Of a stretch of 38,903 bases of DNA, positions 1 through 9,294 are shown piece by piece. The stretch is from contig DDHO01000004.1 of NCBI GenBank assembly GCA_002352935.1, positions 7,714-46,616 of the forward strand, written 5' to 3'. The position numbers and the translations under genes are program-made. The notes below the pieces were generated by a model, which saw only the letters and a list, made by a program, of their open reading frames with translations, had not been told where the DNA came from and did no database searches. Each line of letters starts with the position of its first letter. Position 1 is the first letter of the stretch. This stretch comes from Firmicutes bacterium UBA1874. Its GTDB lineage: Bacteria; Bacillota; UBA1874.

Positions 1-72
1 GGTTTGTAACTTATAATGTAGCCGCTAAATTTATGGTGAATGGGTTGCCTTGCTGCGGGTACATATACCGAG

Positions 73-103
73 CTTCTCGTCTTAATTCGGGCGAGAGGTT
101 TTT
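73..103 (+). terminator. Rho-independent terminator-like hairpin in the leuS leader (upstream-gene terminator or attenuator)
   Basis: cttctcgtc (73-81) pairs with ggcgagagg (90-98): a 9-bp stem including two G-U pairs with an 8-nt loop, followed by TTTTT (99-103). It lies only about 40 nt before the leuS ATG. Confidence 0.5.
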
Positions 104-144
104 AATTTAAGATAAGGTGTTTGTGGAGAGAGGAGAATTATTGC

Positions 145-2643
145 ATGAAGGACATCAAGAAAAAGTATGATTTTGCGGAAATCGAACCGCGCTGGCAGAA
201 GGAATGGGAAAGCCGAAATGCTTTTAAGGTATACGAAGACTGGGATCGGGATAAGTATTATGTCCTCGAAATGTTTCCTTACCCTTCGGGTAATCTTCAT
301 ATGGGTCACGTACGGAATTACACTATCGGAGATGCGGTGGCTCGCTATAATAAAATGCGCGGCTACAATGTTTTACACCCTATGGGGTGGGATGCTTTTG
401 GCCTGCCAGCTGAAAATGCAGCTATAAAAAGGAATATTCATCCTGAAGATTGGACAGAAGTGAATATTAATAATATGAGAAGACAGCTTAAGACTCTCGG
501 GCTAAGTTATGATTGGGACCGGGAAATAGCGACGTGCCAGCCGGATTATTACCGTTGGACGCAGTGGATTTTTCTCCAGCTATTTAAGAGAGGATTGGCT
601 TATAGGAAAAAAGCAGCGGTGAATTGGTGCCCTTCATGCGCGACGGTCCTGGCCAACGAGCAGGTTGTTGATGGGGCGTGCGAACGATGTGAGACTCCTG
701 TTGAGAACAGGGATTTAGAGCAGTGGTTTCTCAGGATCACTGCATATGCCGACCGCCTTCTGGAAGGTCTGGACGAGCTTCAAGGGTGGCCGGAAAAAGT
801 TAAAATCATGCAAAAGAACTGGATCGGAAAAAGCCTAGGGGCGGAAGTGGATTTTAAGATAAAAGGAAGAGAAGAAATCCTGCAGGTTTTCACAACCAGG
901 CCTGACACGCTTTTTGGTGTAACCTACATGGTACTGGCACCGGAGCATCCCCTGGCGGAGGATTTAATCTCTGTTTGTTCCCGGGAGGAAGGCAAAAGGG
1001 AATTTATAGAAAAAATTAAGAAAATGAATAAAAGGGATCGAGCTGCTGTCGACAAAGAAAAGAGGGGTATTTTTACCGGGGCCTATGCAGTAAATCCGGT
1101 TAATGGGGAAGAAATTCCTATTTGGATCGCTGACTATGTGCTTATGGAGTACGGAACGGGAGCCGTTATGGCTGTTCCTGCTCATGATCAAAGGGATCTG
1201 GAATTTGCACGTAAGTATAAACTTCCCATTAAAGTAGTTGTTCAACCCCCGGGAGGGGACAGTGAAGGGGGTAATATTAGAGAAAAAGCATACGAAGGTG
1301 AAGGGACGGCAATAAATTCAGGCCTGTTTAACGGACTTCCTACGAATACCATGAAGGAAAAAGTAATAGATTACCTTGAAAAGTCAGGACGGGGAAGACG
1401 AAAGGTTAACTTTCGGCTGCGTGACTGGTTAATTTCCCGGCAACGTTACTGGGGTGCACCGATTCCAATTATATACTGTAATATATGCGGCGTTGTACCC
1501 GTGCCTGAAGAAGAGCTTCCCATTATATTACCCCGAGATGTGGAGTTTAAACCAAGCGGGGAATCTCCTTTAAAAATGAACCGCGATTTTGTGGAAACGA
1601 CATGTCCTAAATGCGGAAGCAAGGCCCGCCGCGAAACTGATACGATGGATACTTTTGTAGATTCTTCGTGGTATTTTCTGCGTTATACCAGTCCAGGAGC
1701 TGAAGATGTTCCTTTTAAAAAAACCAGTGCGGATTATTGGATGAATGTAGATCAGTATATAGGAGGAGTAGAACATGCTATACTTCACCTTATGTACGCC
1801 CGTTTTTTGACCAAAGTATTCTATGACATGAACCTAATTAATATTGATGAACCTTTTGAGAAATTATTAACCCAGGGGATGGTGCTTAAGGACGGGAGTA
1901 AAATGTCCAAGTCAAAAGGTAATATTGTCAGCCCCGAAGATATTATTGCAAAATACGGGGCAGATACGGCAAGATTGTTCATCCTTTTTGCTGCCCCACC
2001 TGAGCGCGACCTGGAATGGAGCCAAAAGGGCGTGGAAGGTTGTTACAGGTTTTTAAATCGTGTATGGAGGATGGTATTGCAGTATACCAAAGATTTACCG
2101 GGACTTTCAGATAAAGGAAAAAACAGGCTAACTCCGGAAGATAAAAGACTGCGGCGTTCTGTTCACCGGTGCATTAAAAAAGTTACCGGCGACATAGAAG
2201 AGAGGTTCAGCTTCAATACAGCTATAAGCTCCATAATGGAGCTGGTCAATTCCTGTAACCAGTATCGGGAAGAAGTACCTGCAGAACTGCAAAAAAAGGA
2301 GCTTTTAAAGGAAGCGGTAGAGTGCCTTCTTGTGCTTCTTGCTCCTTTTGTACCCCATATAACGGAGGAGCTCTGGAATCTTATCGCAAGCGATGGTAGC
2401 AGTGTGCACAACCAGCCATGGCCTTCGTATAACAAGGATGCCTTAAAAGCAGAAGAAATTACGGTTGTAGTTCAAATAAACGGCAAGGTCCGTGACCGTT
2501 TACGGGTCGCTCCAGGTCTTGGTAAAGATATTATTAAAGAAAAAGCGCTGTCGCTTTCTAAAATTTCCAAGCAGATAAAAGATAAGGAGCTTAAGAATGT
2601 TATTGTAGTTCCGGACAAGCTGGTAAATATTGTTGTAAAATAG
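145..2643 (+). CDS. leuS: Leucyl-tRNA synthetase
   Basis: Class-I aaRS motifs HMGH ([10 protein letters not shown]) and KMSKS ([10 protein letters not shown]); size and overall LeuS-like sequence. I chose the ATG at 145 ([10 protein letters not shown]), preceded by GGAGAGAGGAG, rather than the track's TTG at 121. Confidence 0.97.
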   Translation: MKDIKKKYDFAEIEPRWQKEWESRNAFKVYEDWDRDKYYVLEMFPYPSGNLHMGHVRNYTIGDAVARYNKMRGYNVLHPMGWDAFGLPAENAAIKRNIHPEDWTEVNINNMRRQLKTLGLSYDWDREIATCQPDYYRWTQWIFLQLFKRGLAYRKKAAVNWCPSCATVLANEQVVDGACERCETPVENRDLEQWFLRITAYADRLLEGLDELQGWPEKVKIMQKNWIGKSLGAEVDFKIKGREEILQVFTTRPDTLFGVTYMVLAPEHPLAEDLISVCSREEGKREFIEKIKKMNKRDRAAVDKEKRGIFTGAYAVNPVNGEEIPIWIADYVLMEYGTGAVMAVPAHDQRDLEFARKYKLPIKVVVQPPGGDSEGGNIREKAYEGEGTAINSGLFNGLPTNTMKEKVIDYLEKSGRGRRKVNFRLRDWLISRQRYWGAPIPIIYCNICGVVPVPEEELPIILPRDVEFKPSGESPLKMNRDFVETTCPKCGSKARRETDTMDTFVDSSWYFLRYTSPGAEDVPFKKTSADYWMNVDQYIGGVEHAILHLMYARFLTKVFYDMNLINIDEPFEKLLTQGMVLKDGSKMSKSKGNIVSPEDIIAKYGADTARLFILFAAPPERDLEWSQKGVEGCYRFLNRVWRMVLQYTKDLPGLSDKGKNRLTPEDKRLRRSVHRCIKKVTGDIEERFSFNTAISSIMELVNSCNQYREEVPAELQKKELLKEAVECLLVLLAPFVPHITEELWNLIASDGSSVHNQPWPSYNKDALKAEEITVVVQINGKVRDRLRVAPGLGKDIIKEKALSLSKISKQIKDKELKNVIVVPDKLVNIVVK

Positions 2644-2680
2644 ATTTAATGGGCCGTTTTCCTGCGTATATGTTAAAGTT

Positions 2681-3703
2681 ATGCAGGGCATTTTAAGTTC
2701 ATCCGGGACAAAGGAGGAAAACGGCACGTTGAAAGAGGAAAAAAAAGAGGAGAAAATTTTTGATCTTCATGTTGACGCTTATTCACCAAAGGAAATGGCC
2801 GAGCGTGTCGAAAAAATCGGAGTTGCTAAAGCAAGACTTGAGTTTTGGAACATGTTTCTACTGGCTTTGATGGCAGGGGCCTTTATAGGTTTAGGTGCCG
2901 AGTTTTACATTTCGGTTGTTCACGATTCCCCGCTCAGCCTGGGTCTTACAGGGCTGATAGGTGGGATCGTTTTTTCTTTGGGATTAATATTGGTAATTGT
3001 GGCTGGAGCAGAGCTTTTCACTGGTAATACTCTTATTGTTATGGCTTTTGTACAGCGCAAAATAAGTTTTGTTGAGCTGCTTAGGAACTGGTTTATTGTT
3101 TATGTTGGCAATTTTCTGGGAGCACTTGCCATGGTACTGATGATGTATTTAGCCCGTCGGTATGCTGTTAATGACGGGTTAGTAGGGGCAACTGCAGTAA
3201 TGATTGCTAATAATAAGATAAACCTTGGTTTTGACGTAGCTTTTATGCGTGGAATTTTATGCAATATTTTAGTTTCGTTGGCGGTCTGGCTTACTATTAG
3301 CGGAAGATATGTGGTAGATAAAATTCTGGCTATATTGTTTCCCATTACTGCTTTCGTCGCTCTTGGTTTTGAGCACTGCGTTGCCAACATGTACTTTATT
3401 CCCATGGGTTTACTGCTCAAATTACATCCTCAAATTATTTCTCTGGCGGAAAAGGTGGAAGGAATATCAGTTGATTCTTCAGTATTTAATGAAAGCGGCT
3501 TTTTATTTAGTAATCTGCTTCCTGTTACTCTGGGCAATGTAGTCGGAGGTGCCGTCTTTGTGGGCATAATATACTGGTTTGTGTATTTGCGTTATCCGGT
3601 AGAAATCAACCGTACTTATCCTTTAGTTTCAAAGCTGCCCTTTCAGGAAGCTGCAAGGAAGCCCTCCGGCTTGATGGCAAGGAGAAATAATGAAGGTGAA
3701 TGA
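2681..3703 (+). CDS. Formate/nitrite transporter (FNT) family channel; substrate not assignable
   Basis: FNT signature blocks LFTGNTL and GFEHCVANMYFIP and six or more hydrophobic spans. The start is ambiguous: the ATG at 2681 has no SD, while the in-frame TTG at 2729 has AAGGAGG 11 nt upstream. Confidence 0.9.
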   Translation: MQGILSSSGTKEENGTLKEEKKEEKIFDLHVDAYSPKEMAERVEKIGVAKARLEFWNMFLLALMAGAFIGLGAEFYISVVHDSPLSLGLTGLIGGIVFSLGLILVIVAGAELFTGNTLIVMAFVQRKISFVELLRNWFIVYVGNFLGALAMVLMMYLARRYAVNDGLVGATAVMIANNKINLGFDVAFMRGILCNILVSLAVWLTISGRYVVDKILAILFPITAFVALGFEHCVANMYFIPMGLLLKLHPQIISLAEKVEGISVDSSVFNESGFLFSNLLPVTLGNVVGGAVFVGIIYWFVYLRYPVEINRTYPLVSKLPFQEAARKPSGLMARRNNEGE

Positions 3704-3844
3704 ATAAAGAAGTTGGGGATAATGCGATATTAGCGATACTTTTTATTTAAAGGACGGTAATTTTATATGCAGGAAGGGAAGTAAAGTCCTGGTGTCGTAA
3801 TAAGATAAAACTTTCATAATTTATATGGTGAGTGGTGAAAATTA

Positions 3845-4459
3845 ATGTTGGATTGGGAGCGGCGGACACAGTATATAATTGCTGTTGTTTTAGGCGCACT
3901 TATCTTTGGTGCAGGAATGTACTATATGCAAATGCGGGGGGAAAGCATTGCTACCCCCGGGGTTGTTCCCGATACTGGCATCAAAGGTAGCGAGAACATA
4001 CAGCCTGTTGCTGTTCACGAAGAGGAGGCCGGAATTATTTATGTACATGTTGCCGGAGCGGTTATGCGGCCTGGTTTGTATGAAATGCCGGCGGAGTCAA
4101 GAGTAAATGATGCTGTTCAAAAAGCAGTACCTTCTCCGGACGCAAATATAGACGCTTTAAATCTCGCTGCCAGACTTTCCGACGGTCAAAAAATACTTGT
4201 ACCCAGCCAGCAGACAACTTCGGCTGCCACGGAGACCGGTGATAGTGGTGATAGTAAAGATTATATTAAAAAAATCAATATTAACACTGCTTCGGCAGCG
4301 GAACTTGAAACCTTACCTGGAATCGGGCCTGCCCTGGCGAAGAAGATAGTAAATTACCGTGAAAAGCAAATTTTCCAAACTGTAGAGGATATCAAAAATG
4401 TTCCGGGAATCGGAGAAAGCCGTTATAATCAATTAAAGGATTTAATCACGGTATATTGA
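3845..4459 (+). CDS. comEA: Competence protein ComEA (membrane-anchored helix-hairpin-helix DNA receptor)
   Basis: N-terminal TM segment and two C-terminal HhH motifs (LETLPGIGPALAKKIV and IKNVPGIGESRYNQL), the typical ComEA architecture. Confidence 0.85.
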   Translation: MLDWERRTQYIIAVVLGALIFGAGMYYMQMRGESIATPGVVPDTGIKGSENIQPVAVHEEEAGIIYVHVAGAVMRPGLYEMPAESRVNDAVQKAVPSPDANIDALNLAARLSDGQKILVPSQQTTSAATETGDSGDSKDYIKKININTASAAELETLPGIGPALAKKIVNYREKQIFQTVEDIKNVPGIGESRYNQLKDLITVY

Positions 4460-4601
4460 TTTTATTCTCATAAATTTTCTTACTTTAAAAATGTGTATTG
4501 GTTTAGGGCTCAGGAAATATCTAACAAAATTCAAACCTATTAAATTTACGTATTTATCGTTAAATAATGTCTAAATTTTTAAAAATTTAGGAGGGTGCCT
4601 C

Positions 4602-6665
4602 ATGCCTGCGGTAAGAGTGGCAGTAGATACCGGGGGAACCTTTACGGATATTTGTCTGCTGAATGAAATAGACGGAAAAGTTAAAATAGTTAAGACACCT
4701 TCTACCCCGGATGATCCTTCCAGAGCCGTAGTAAATGGATTAAAAAAATCCTTTGAAGACGACATGCTCGACCTCAGGGATGTTAATTTTATTATCCATG
4801 GGACGACAGTTGCGACAAATGCCCTTTTGGAAAATTGTGGTCCGGACATAGCACTTATTACTACCTTGGGGTTCCGTGATATTTTACAAATAGGCCGGCA
4901 AAATCGCCCGCTTTTATATGATTTCTGGGCTCAGAACCCCGCCCCTATTGTTCCGCGTTTCAGGCGTTACGAAGTTGAAGAACGAGTTTCATTTTCGGGC
5001 GAAATCGAAAAACCGCTAAATAAAGGGGAGGCCAGGGCTATAGCACACAAGCTCAAAAATGAAGGTATTTCTTCCGTTGCTGTTTGCCTGCTTCATTCGT
5101 ATGCCAACCCTGTCCATGAAAGAGAGATTAAAAAAATAATTAAAGAAATTTTTCCGGAAGTATTTGTAACTCTTTCCTCTGAAGTGCTGCCGGAATTCCG
5201 GGAATACGAGCGTACCAGCACCACTGCAATAAACGCATATGTTCAGCCATTGGTAAGCTCTTATTTGGGGAAACTGGAAAAAAGGTTGAAACTCGGCGGT
5301 GGGAGAAAACCCGTGCTTTATATAATGCAGTCTAACGGCGGTATGATTACTGCTGACACGGCAAAACGGCTAAGTGTAAAAACGGTTCTTTCCGGTCCTG
5401 CAGGGGGAGTAATAGCGGGTGTGCTTCTTTCCCGTCTAACGGGATGCCGCGACCTGATTACTTTGGATATGGGAGGGACCAGCCTGGATGTTAGTTTGAT
5501 CAAAGGTGGGAAGCCCAGTTATACGACTGAGGCGGAAGTAGGTGGGAGACCGGTTAAATTACCTGTCATAGATATCAATACTATAGGTGCAGGAGGAGGC
5601 AGCATTGCTTGGGTTGATGAGGGAGGAGCATTGAAAGTAGGACCGCGCAGTGCAGGCGCAGTTCCCGGACCAGCCTGCTACGGACGTGGCGGAGAAGAGC
5701 CCACGGTTACCGATGCCAATCTTGTGCTGGGACGGCTCGGTGCGGAGTCGTTTTCGGGGAAGGGAATAAAAATATTTCCTGATGCGGCCGAAAGAGCCAT
5801 AATAGAAAAAATTGCCGGGCCGTTAAAATGCTCCTTAGAAGACGCTGCGGAAGGGATATTAACGGTAATCAATGCTACTATGGGCCGGGGCCTGCGCGTG
5901 GTTTCTCTGGAACGAGGTCATGATCCGCGTCATTTTGCTCTGGTTGCTTTTGGAGGGGCGGGCCCCTTGCACGGTGCTGCTTTGGCCAGGGCACAAAAAA
6001 TTGCCAAGGTAATTATCCCTCGTTATCCGGGAGTTAACTCTGCTTATGGTATGCTGGCATCAGATGTACGGCACGATTACGTCCGTACTTATTTTGCCGG
6101 GCTTTCCTCTGCTGATTTAAATGTAATAAATAATCTGTTTGAAGACATGCAGGAAGAGGCAAAGCTACAGCTGTTCGAGGAGGGCTTTAAAGAGACGGGT
6201 ATGGTCTTTGTTAAGGAAGCGGATTTACGCTACGAAGGGCAGGCTTACGAGATAAACGTTCATATTGATGAAGATATAGGACCGGAATGGCCTGTGCGCC
6301 TGAGACAAGCTTTCCATCAGACCCATCGTTGCCTATATGGCTATGCACGCCCGGACCGGGAAGTTGAAATTGTCAACCTCCGGTTAACTGCTTTTGGAAA
6401 GGTAAAGGAACCTTTTTTGGGAAGAACGCTCGTTGAAAAAGAAGCAAAAGAAGTACATAAACTGGCGGACAGAAAAGTTTTCCTGGAAGGGAAATACATG
6501 CAGGTTCCCGTTTATAAACGAGAAGCATTTCGACCGGGTTCGCTGTTATACGGACCGGCGATAATAGAACAGGAGGATGCAACTACACTGGCGCTATGCG
6601 GTCAGAAAATTAAGTGCGATGAATGGGAAAACATTATTATAGAAGAAACGGATTTCGGGGGTTAA
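4602..6665 (+). CDS. hyuA: Hydantoinase/oxoprolinase family, A (beta) subunit
   Basis: N-terminal VAVDTGGTFTD and internal DMGGTS sugar-kinase/actin-fold ATPase motifs typical of HyuA/OplA/acetone-carboxylase beta; 687 aa. AGGAGGG lies 6 nt before the ATG. Confidence 0.85.
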   Translation: MPAVRVAVDTGGTFTDICLLNEIDGKVKIVKTPSTPDDPSRAVVNGLKKSFEDDMLDLRDVNFIIHGTTVATNALLENCGPDIALITTLGFRDILQIGRQNRPLLYDFWAQNPAPIVPRFRRYEVEERVSFSGEIEKPLNKGEARAIAHKLKNEGISSVAVCLLHSYANPVHEREIKKIIKEIFPEVFVTLSSEVLPEFREYERTSTTAINAYVQPLVSSYLGKLEKRLKLGGGRKPVLYIMQSNGGMITADTAKRLSVKTVLSGPAGGVIAGVLLSRLTGCRDLITLDMGGTSLDVSLIKGGKPSYTTEAEVGGRPVKLPVIDINTIGAGGGSIAWVDEGGALKVGPRSAGAVPGPACYGRGGEEPTVTDANLVLGRLGAESFSGKGIKIFPDAAERAIIEKIAGPLKCSLEDAAEGILTVINATMGRGLRVVSLERGHDPRHFALVAFGGAGPLHGAALARAQKIAKVIIPRYPGVNSAYGMLASDVRHDYVRTYFAGLSSADLNVINNLFEDMQEEAKLQLFEEGFKETGMVFVKEADLRYEGQAYEINVHIDEDIGPEWPVRLRQAFHQTHRCLYGYARPDREVEIVNLRLTAFGKVKEPFLGRTLVEKEAKEVHKLADRKVFLEGKYMQVPVYKREAFRPGSLLYGPAIIEQEDATTLALCGQKIKCDEWENIIIEETDFGG

Positions 6666-6667
6666 GC

Positions 6668-8428
6668 ATGAAGAATTTTCAAAGCGAAGAAGATCCGATT
6701 GTTATAGAAGTAATGCGTAATGCTTTTCAGTCGGTAGCGGAAGAAATGGGGGTTGCTCTCGTCCGTACAGCCCTCTCTACGAATATCAAGGACAGGCGAG
6801 ATTGTTCAACGGGCATTTACACTGAGGAGGGAGAGCTCGTTGCCCAGGCGGAACATATTCCCCTCCATCTGGGTTTGATGCCCGCAGTAGTGAAGTCGGT
6901 ATTAGAACATTTTCCGGCGGATAATCTCAGAGAAGGAGAAGCTATTATTATTAACGATCCTTATATCAGCGGTTCGCATCTTCCGGATGTATGTGTAATA
7001 ACACCCGTGTTCTACCAGGGCGAAATTATTGCCATCGCTGCTAATTTGGCCCACCATGTTGATATGGGAGGAATATCTCCGGGGAGCATGTCTGCAACTG
7101 CGACGGAAATCTTTCAAGAAGGGATAAGAATACCTCCGTTAAAGATTTTAAAGAGTGGTAAAATAAATAAGGATATTATGGACTTAATATCTCATAACGT
7201 ACGAACGTCGGGCGAATTTTGGGGAGACATTTATGCACAATTAGCTGCTAATAATGTAGGAGCAGGGAGGTTTTTAGAATTAGTACAAAAATACGGTGCC
7301 CAAAATATAAAAAAACATATGGAGGCATTGATAAAATATACGGAAAGGCGTTTGAGAGAACGTTTGAAAATTCTACCCTGTGGAGTCTATTCTTTTTGTG
7401 ATTATTTGGAGGGTGATGGTATTAAAGAAGAAAAAATTAAGATTGAAGTGCAGTTAAAAATCAGAAGAGATTTATTAAAAGTAGACTTTACGGGAACAGC
7501 AGATCAAGTAGAAGGACCTGTTAATTGTACACGCCCTGTCGCCCTGGCATGTGTTTTTTTTGTAGTTAAATCGGTAGTAGACCCCTGTATTCCATCGAAC
7601 GAAGGCATTTCCAGACTGCTGGAAGTAATAACACCAGAGGGTTCTCTTGTTAACCCGCGCTTTCCTGCGGCTGTGGCAAACGCAAATATCAACACTGCCC
7701 AGAGGGTGGCGGATGTAATTCTAGGGGCTTTTGCCCAGGCTGTCCCTGAACGTGTTACTGCTGCTAGCACCGGAAGTATGAGCCTTTTTACCATAGGAGG
7801 GATAGACACCCGTAAAGAGAAATATTATTCTTACGTTGAGACTTACGGTGGAGGGCAGGGAGCAAAGGTTGACCAGGACGGGATGGACGGCATACATACT
7901 AATATGACTAATACCAGAAACGCTCCGGTAGAAGTAATGGAGAGGGAATATCCTCTCAGAGTGGAAAAGTATTCTTTGAGGCCGGGAACCGGTGGAGCTG
8001 GAAAATTTCGAGGAGGAATGGGTTTAAGAAGGGAAATAACTGTTTTGGGAGAAAAAAGTATAGTTTCTCTAAATACTGAAAGGAAAAAAATCTTACCCTG
8101 GGGCCTGAATGGCGGGAAAAGGGCAAAAGGTTCTCTTTGCCTTATACAAGCACCGGGAGATCTTGCTCCGCGTGAATTAGCATCAAAAGTTACCCAAAAA
8201 GTGTATTTCGGAACGAAAATTACGCTCTGCACTGCAGGGGGAGGAGGTTTCGGCAACCCTCTGGAAAGAGATCCTCTTTCAGTAAGGGAGGATGTCCTGA
8301 ACGGGCTGGTTACAAAGGAAAAAGCCCGGGAGGACTACGGAGTTGTATTTAAAAAGGGTAGCGGCGGTCTGGAGATCGATTTTGAAGCTACTGCAGAATT
8401 GCGAGAAAGGAAGATGAAAAAAACCTAA
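6668..8428 (+). CDS. hyuB: Hydantoinase B/oxoprolinase family, B (alpha) subunit
   Basis: IINDPYISGSHLPD block typical of the Hydantoinase_B family. The ATG at 6668 lies 2 nt after the hyuA stop (MKNFQSEEDPIVIEVMRNAF); the track's start at 6623 overlaps hyuA and was trimmed. Confidence 0.85.
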   Translation: MKNFQSEEDPIVIEVMRNAFQSVAEEMGVALVRTALSTNIKDRRDCSTGIYTEEGELVAQAEHIPLHLGLMPAVVKSVLEHFPADNLREGEAIIINDPYISGSHLPDVCVITPVFYQGEIIAIAANLAHHVDMGGISPGSMSATATEIFQEGIRIPPLKILKSGKINKDIMDLISHNVRTSGEFWGDIYAQLAANNVGAGRFLELVQKYGAQNIKKHMEALIKYTERRLRERLKILPCGVYSFCDYLEGDGIKEEKIKIEVQLKIRRDLLKVDFTGTADQVEGPVNCTRPVALACVFFVVKSVVDPCIPSNEGISRLLEVITPEGSLVNPRFPAAVANANINTAQRVADVILGAFAQAVPERVTAASTGSMSLFTIGGIDTRKEKYYSYVETYGGGQGAKVDQDGMDGIHTNMTNTRNAPVEVMEREYPLRVEKYSLRPGTGGAGKFRGGMGLRREITVLGEKSIVSLNTERKKILPWGLNGGKRAKGSLCLIQAPGDLAPRELASKVTQKVYFGTKITLCTAGGGGFGNPLERDPLSVREDVLNGLVTKEKAREDYGVVFKKGSGGLEIDFEATAELRERKMKKT

Positions 8429-8532
8429 ATTACAGCAGCCCTTGGATTGACGGGTTTTCCAGGGGTTTAATTATATAATTTTGAGGGGCTGTGGTTAGGT
8501 AGCAGAGGTAATAGGAGGAGGCTGCTTAAATA

Positions 8533-9294
8533 ATGGGCGAAAAAGATACTATATTGTCTGTTAGTGATTTGAGTATCGTTAAGGGGAAAAAAAAGATTCT
8601 GAAAAAGATTTCCTTTCAGGTTAAAAAAGGAGAAGTATTGGCCCTTGTGGGTCCTAATGGTTCCGGTAAGTCTACGCTGGCTTATATACTTATGGGATTG
8701 AAAGGTTACGAACCTTCCGGGGGAACCGTTATTTTTAAAGGTAAAGATATTACCAGAGCGCCTGTACATGAGCGTGCGAAAGCGGGCCTTATCCTGGGAT
8801 GGCAAGAACCTGCGAGATACGAAGGTATAACGGTCCGTCGTTTCCTGGCATTAGGCTTGGAAGGGAGAGGAAAAGGAGTTACCGAGGATAAGCTGAAGTG
8901 GGCCTTAAAGCAGACGGGCTTATTTCCAGAAAAATATATGGAACGTAAGGTTGATAACACTCTTAGCGGTGGCGAACGTAAACGGCTGGAGCTTAGTTCC
9001 ATAATTTTAATGGAACCGGAAATGGTGATTCTTGATGAACCCGATTCTGGAGTTGATGCTGTAGCGATTAATAATATTACCGGAGTAATTAACAATTTAA
9101 AAGAATCCGGCGTCGGGATACTTGTCATAACTCATTCTGACGAAATTTTAAATCTAGCTGATGAAGCACTATTAATCTGTAACGGAACCATAATTAAAAA
9201 AGGGTCCCCTAAGGAAATAGGCAAGTTTTTTGTAGACAAGTGCCTGCCCTGCTCTGACGACGAATTTCCGAAGGAGGTCGGTTTAATTGAGTGA
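8533..9294 (+). CDS. sufC: SufC-like Fe-S assembly ABC ATPase
   Basis: Walker A GPNGSGKST, signature LSGGERKR and SufC-type Walker B ILDEPDSGVD; soluble with no TM domain. GGAGGAGG lies upstream. The tail carries CLPC. Confidence 0.8.
   Translation: MGEKDTILSVSDLSIVKGKKKILKKISFQVKKGEVLALVGPNGSGKSTLAYILMGLKGYEPSGGTVIFKGKDITRAPVHERAKAGLILGWQEPARYEGITVRRFLALGLEGRGKGVTEDKLKWALKQTGLFPEKYMERKVDNTLSGGERKRLELSSIILMEPEMVILDEPDSGVDAVAINNITGVINNLKESGVGILVITHSDEILNLADEALLICNGTIIKKGSPKEIGKFFVDKCLPCSDDEFPKEVGLIE

Noticed and set aside
1-72. Calling the leuS leader a T-box riboswitch
   Set aside because: The conserved T-box 14-mer (AGGGTGGTACCGCG) and a clear antiterminator alternative to the 73-98 stem are not visible, and the leader is truncated at the window edge. 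I kept only a terminator/attenuator call.
121-144. N-terminal extensions in the ORF track (leuS 121, hyuB 6623, spoIIP 16528, murJ 17826, NTP-transferase 20310, TPSP 21073, lepA 25242, hrcA 29354, dnaJ 33335, rsmE 34596, mtaB 35335, HIT 36673, yqfD 37543, rpsT 15920)
   Set aside because: In each case an in-frame downstream start has a well-spaced Shine-Dalgarno sequence and gives the family-typical N-terminus. The longer versions overlap upstream genes or the SD itself.
82-427. ORFs 82..309 (-) and 167..427 (+) overlapping the start of leuS
   Set aside because: They are alternative-frame or antisense reading frames inside a highly conserved gene. They have no RBS and their sequence is not protein-like.
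7504-8256. Antisense ORFs of 101 and 137 aa inside hyuB; similar cases at 8706..9128, 9764..10182, 13285..13821, 22038..22989, 23279..23692, 33380..34195 and 37917..38228
   Set aside because: These are typical shadow ORFs opposite genuine genes. They are Pro/Ser/Arg-rich or low-complexity, lack RBSs, and each is fully contained within a well-supported CDS.
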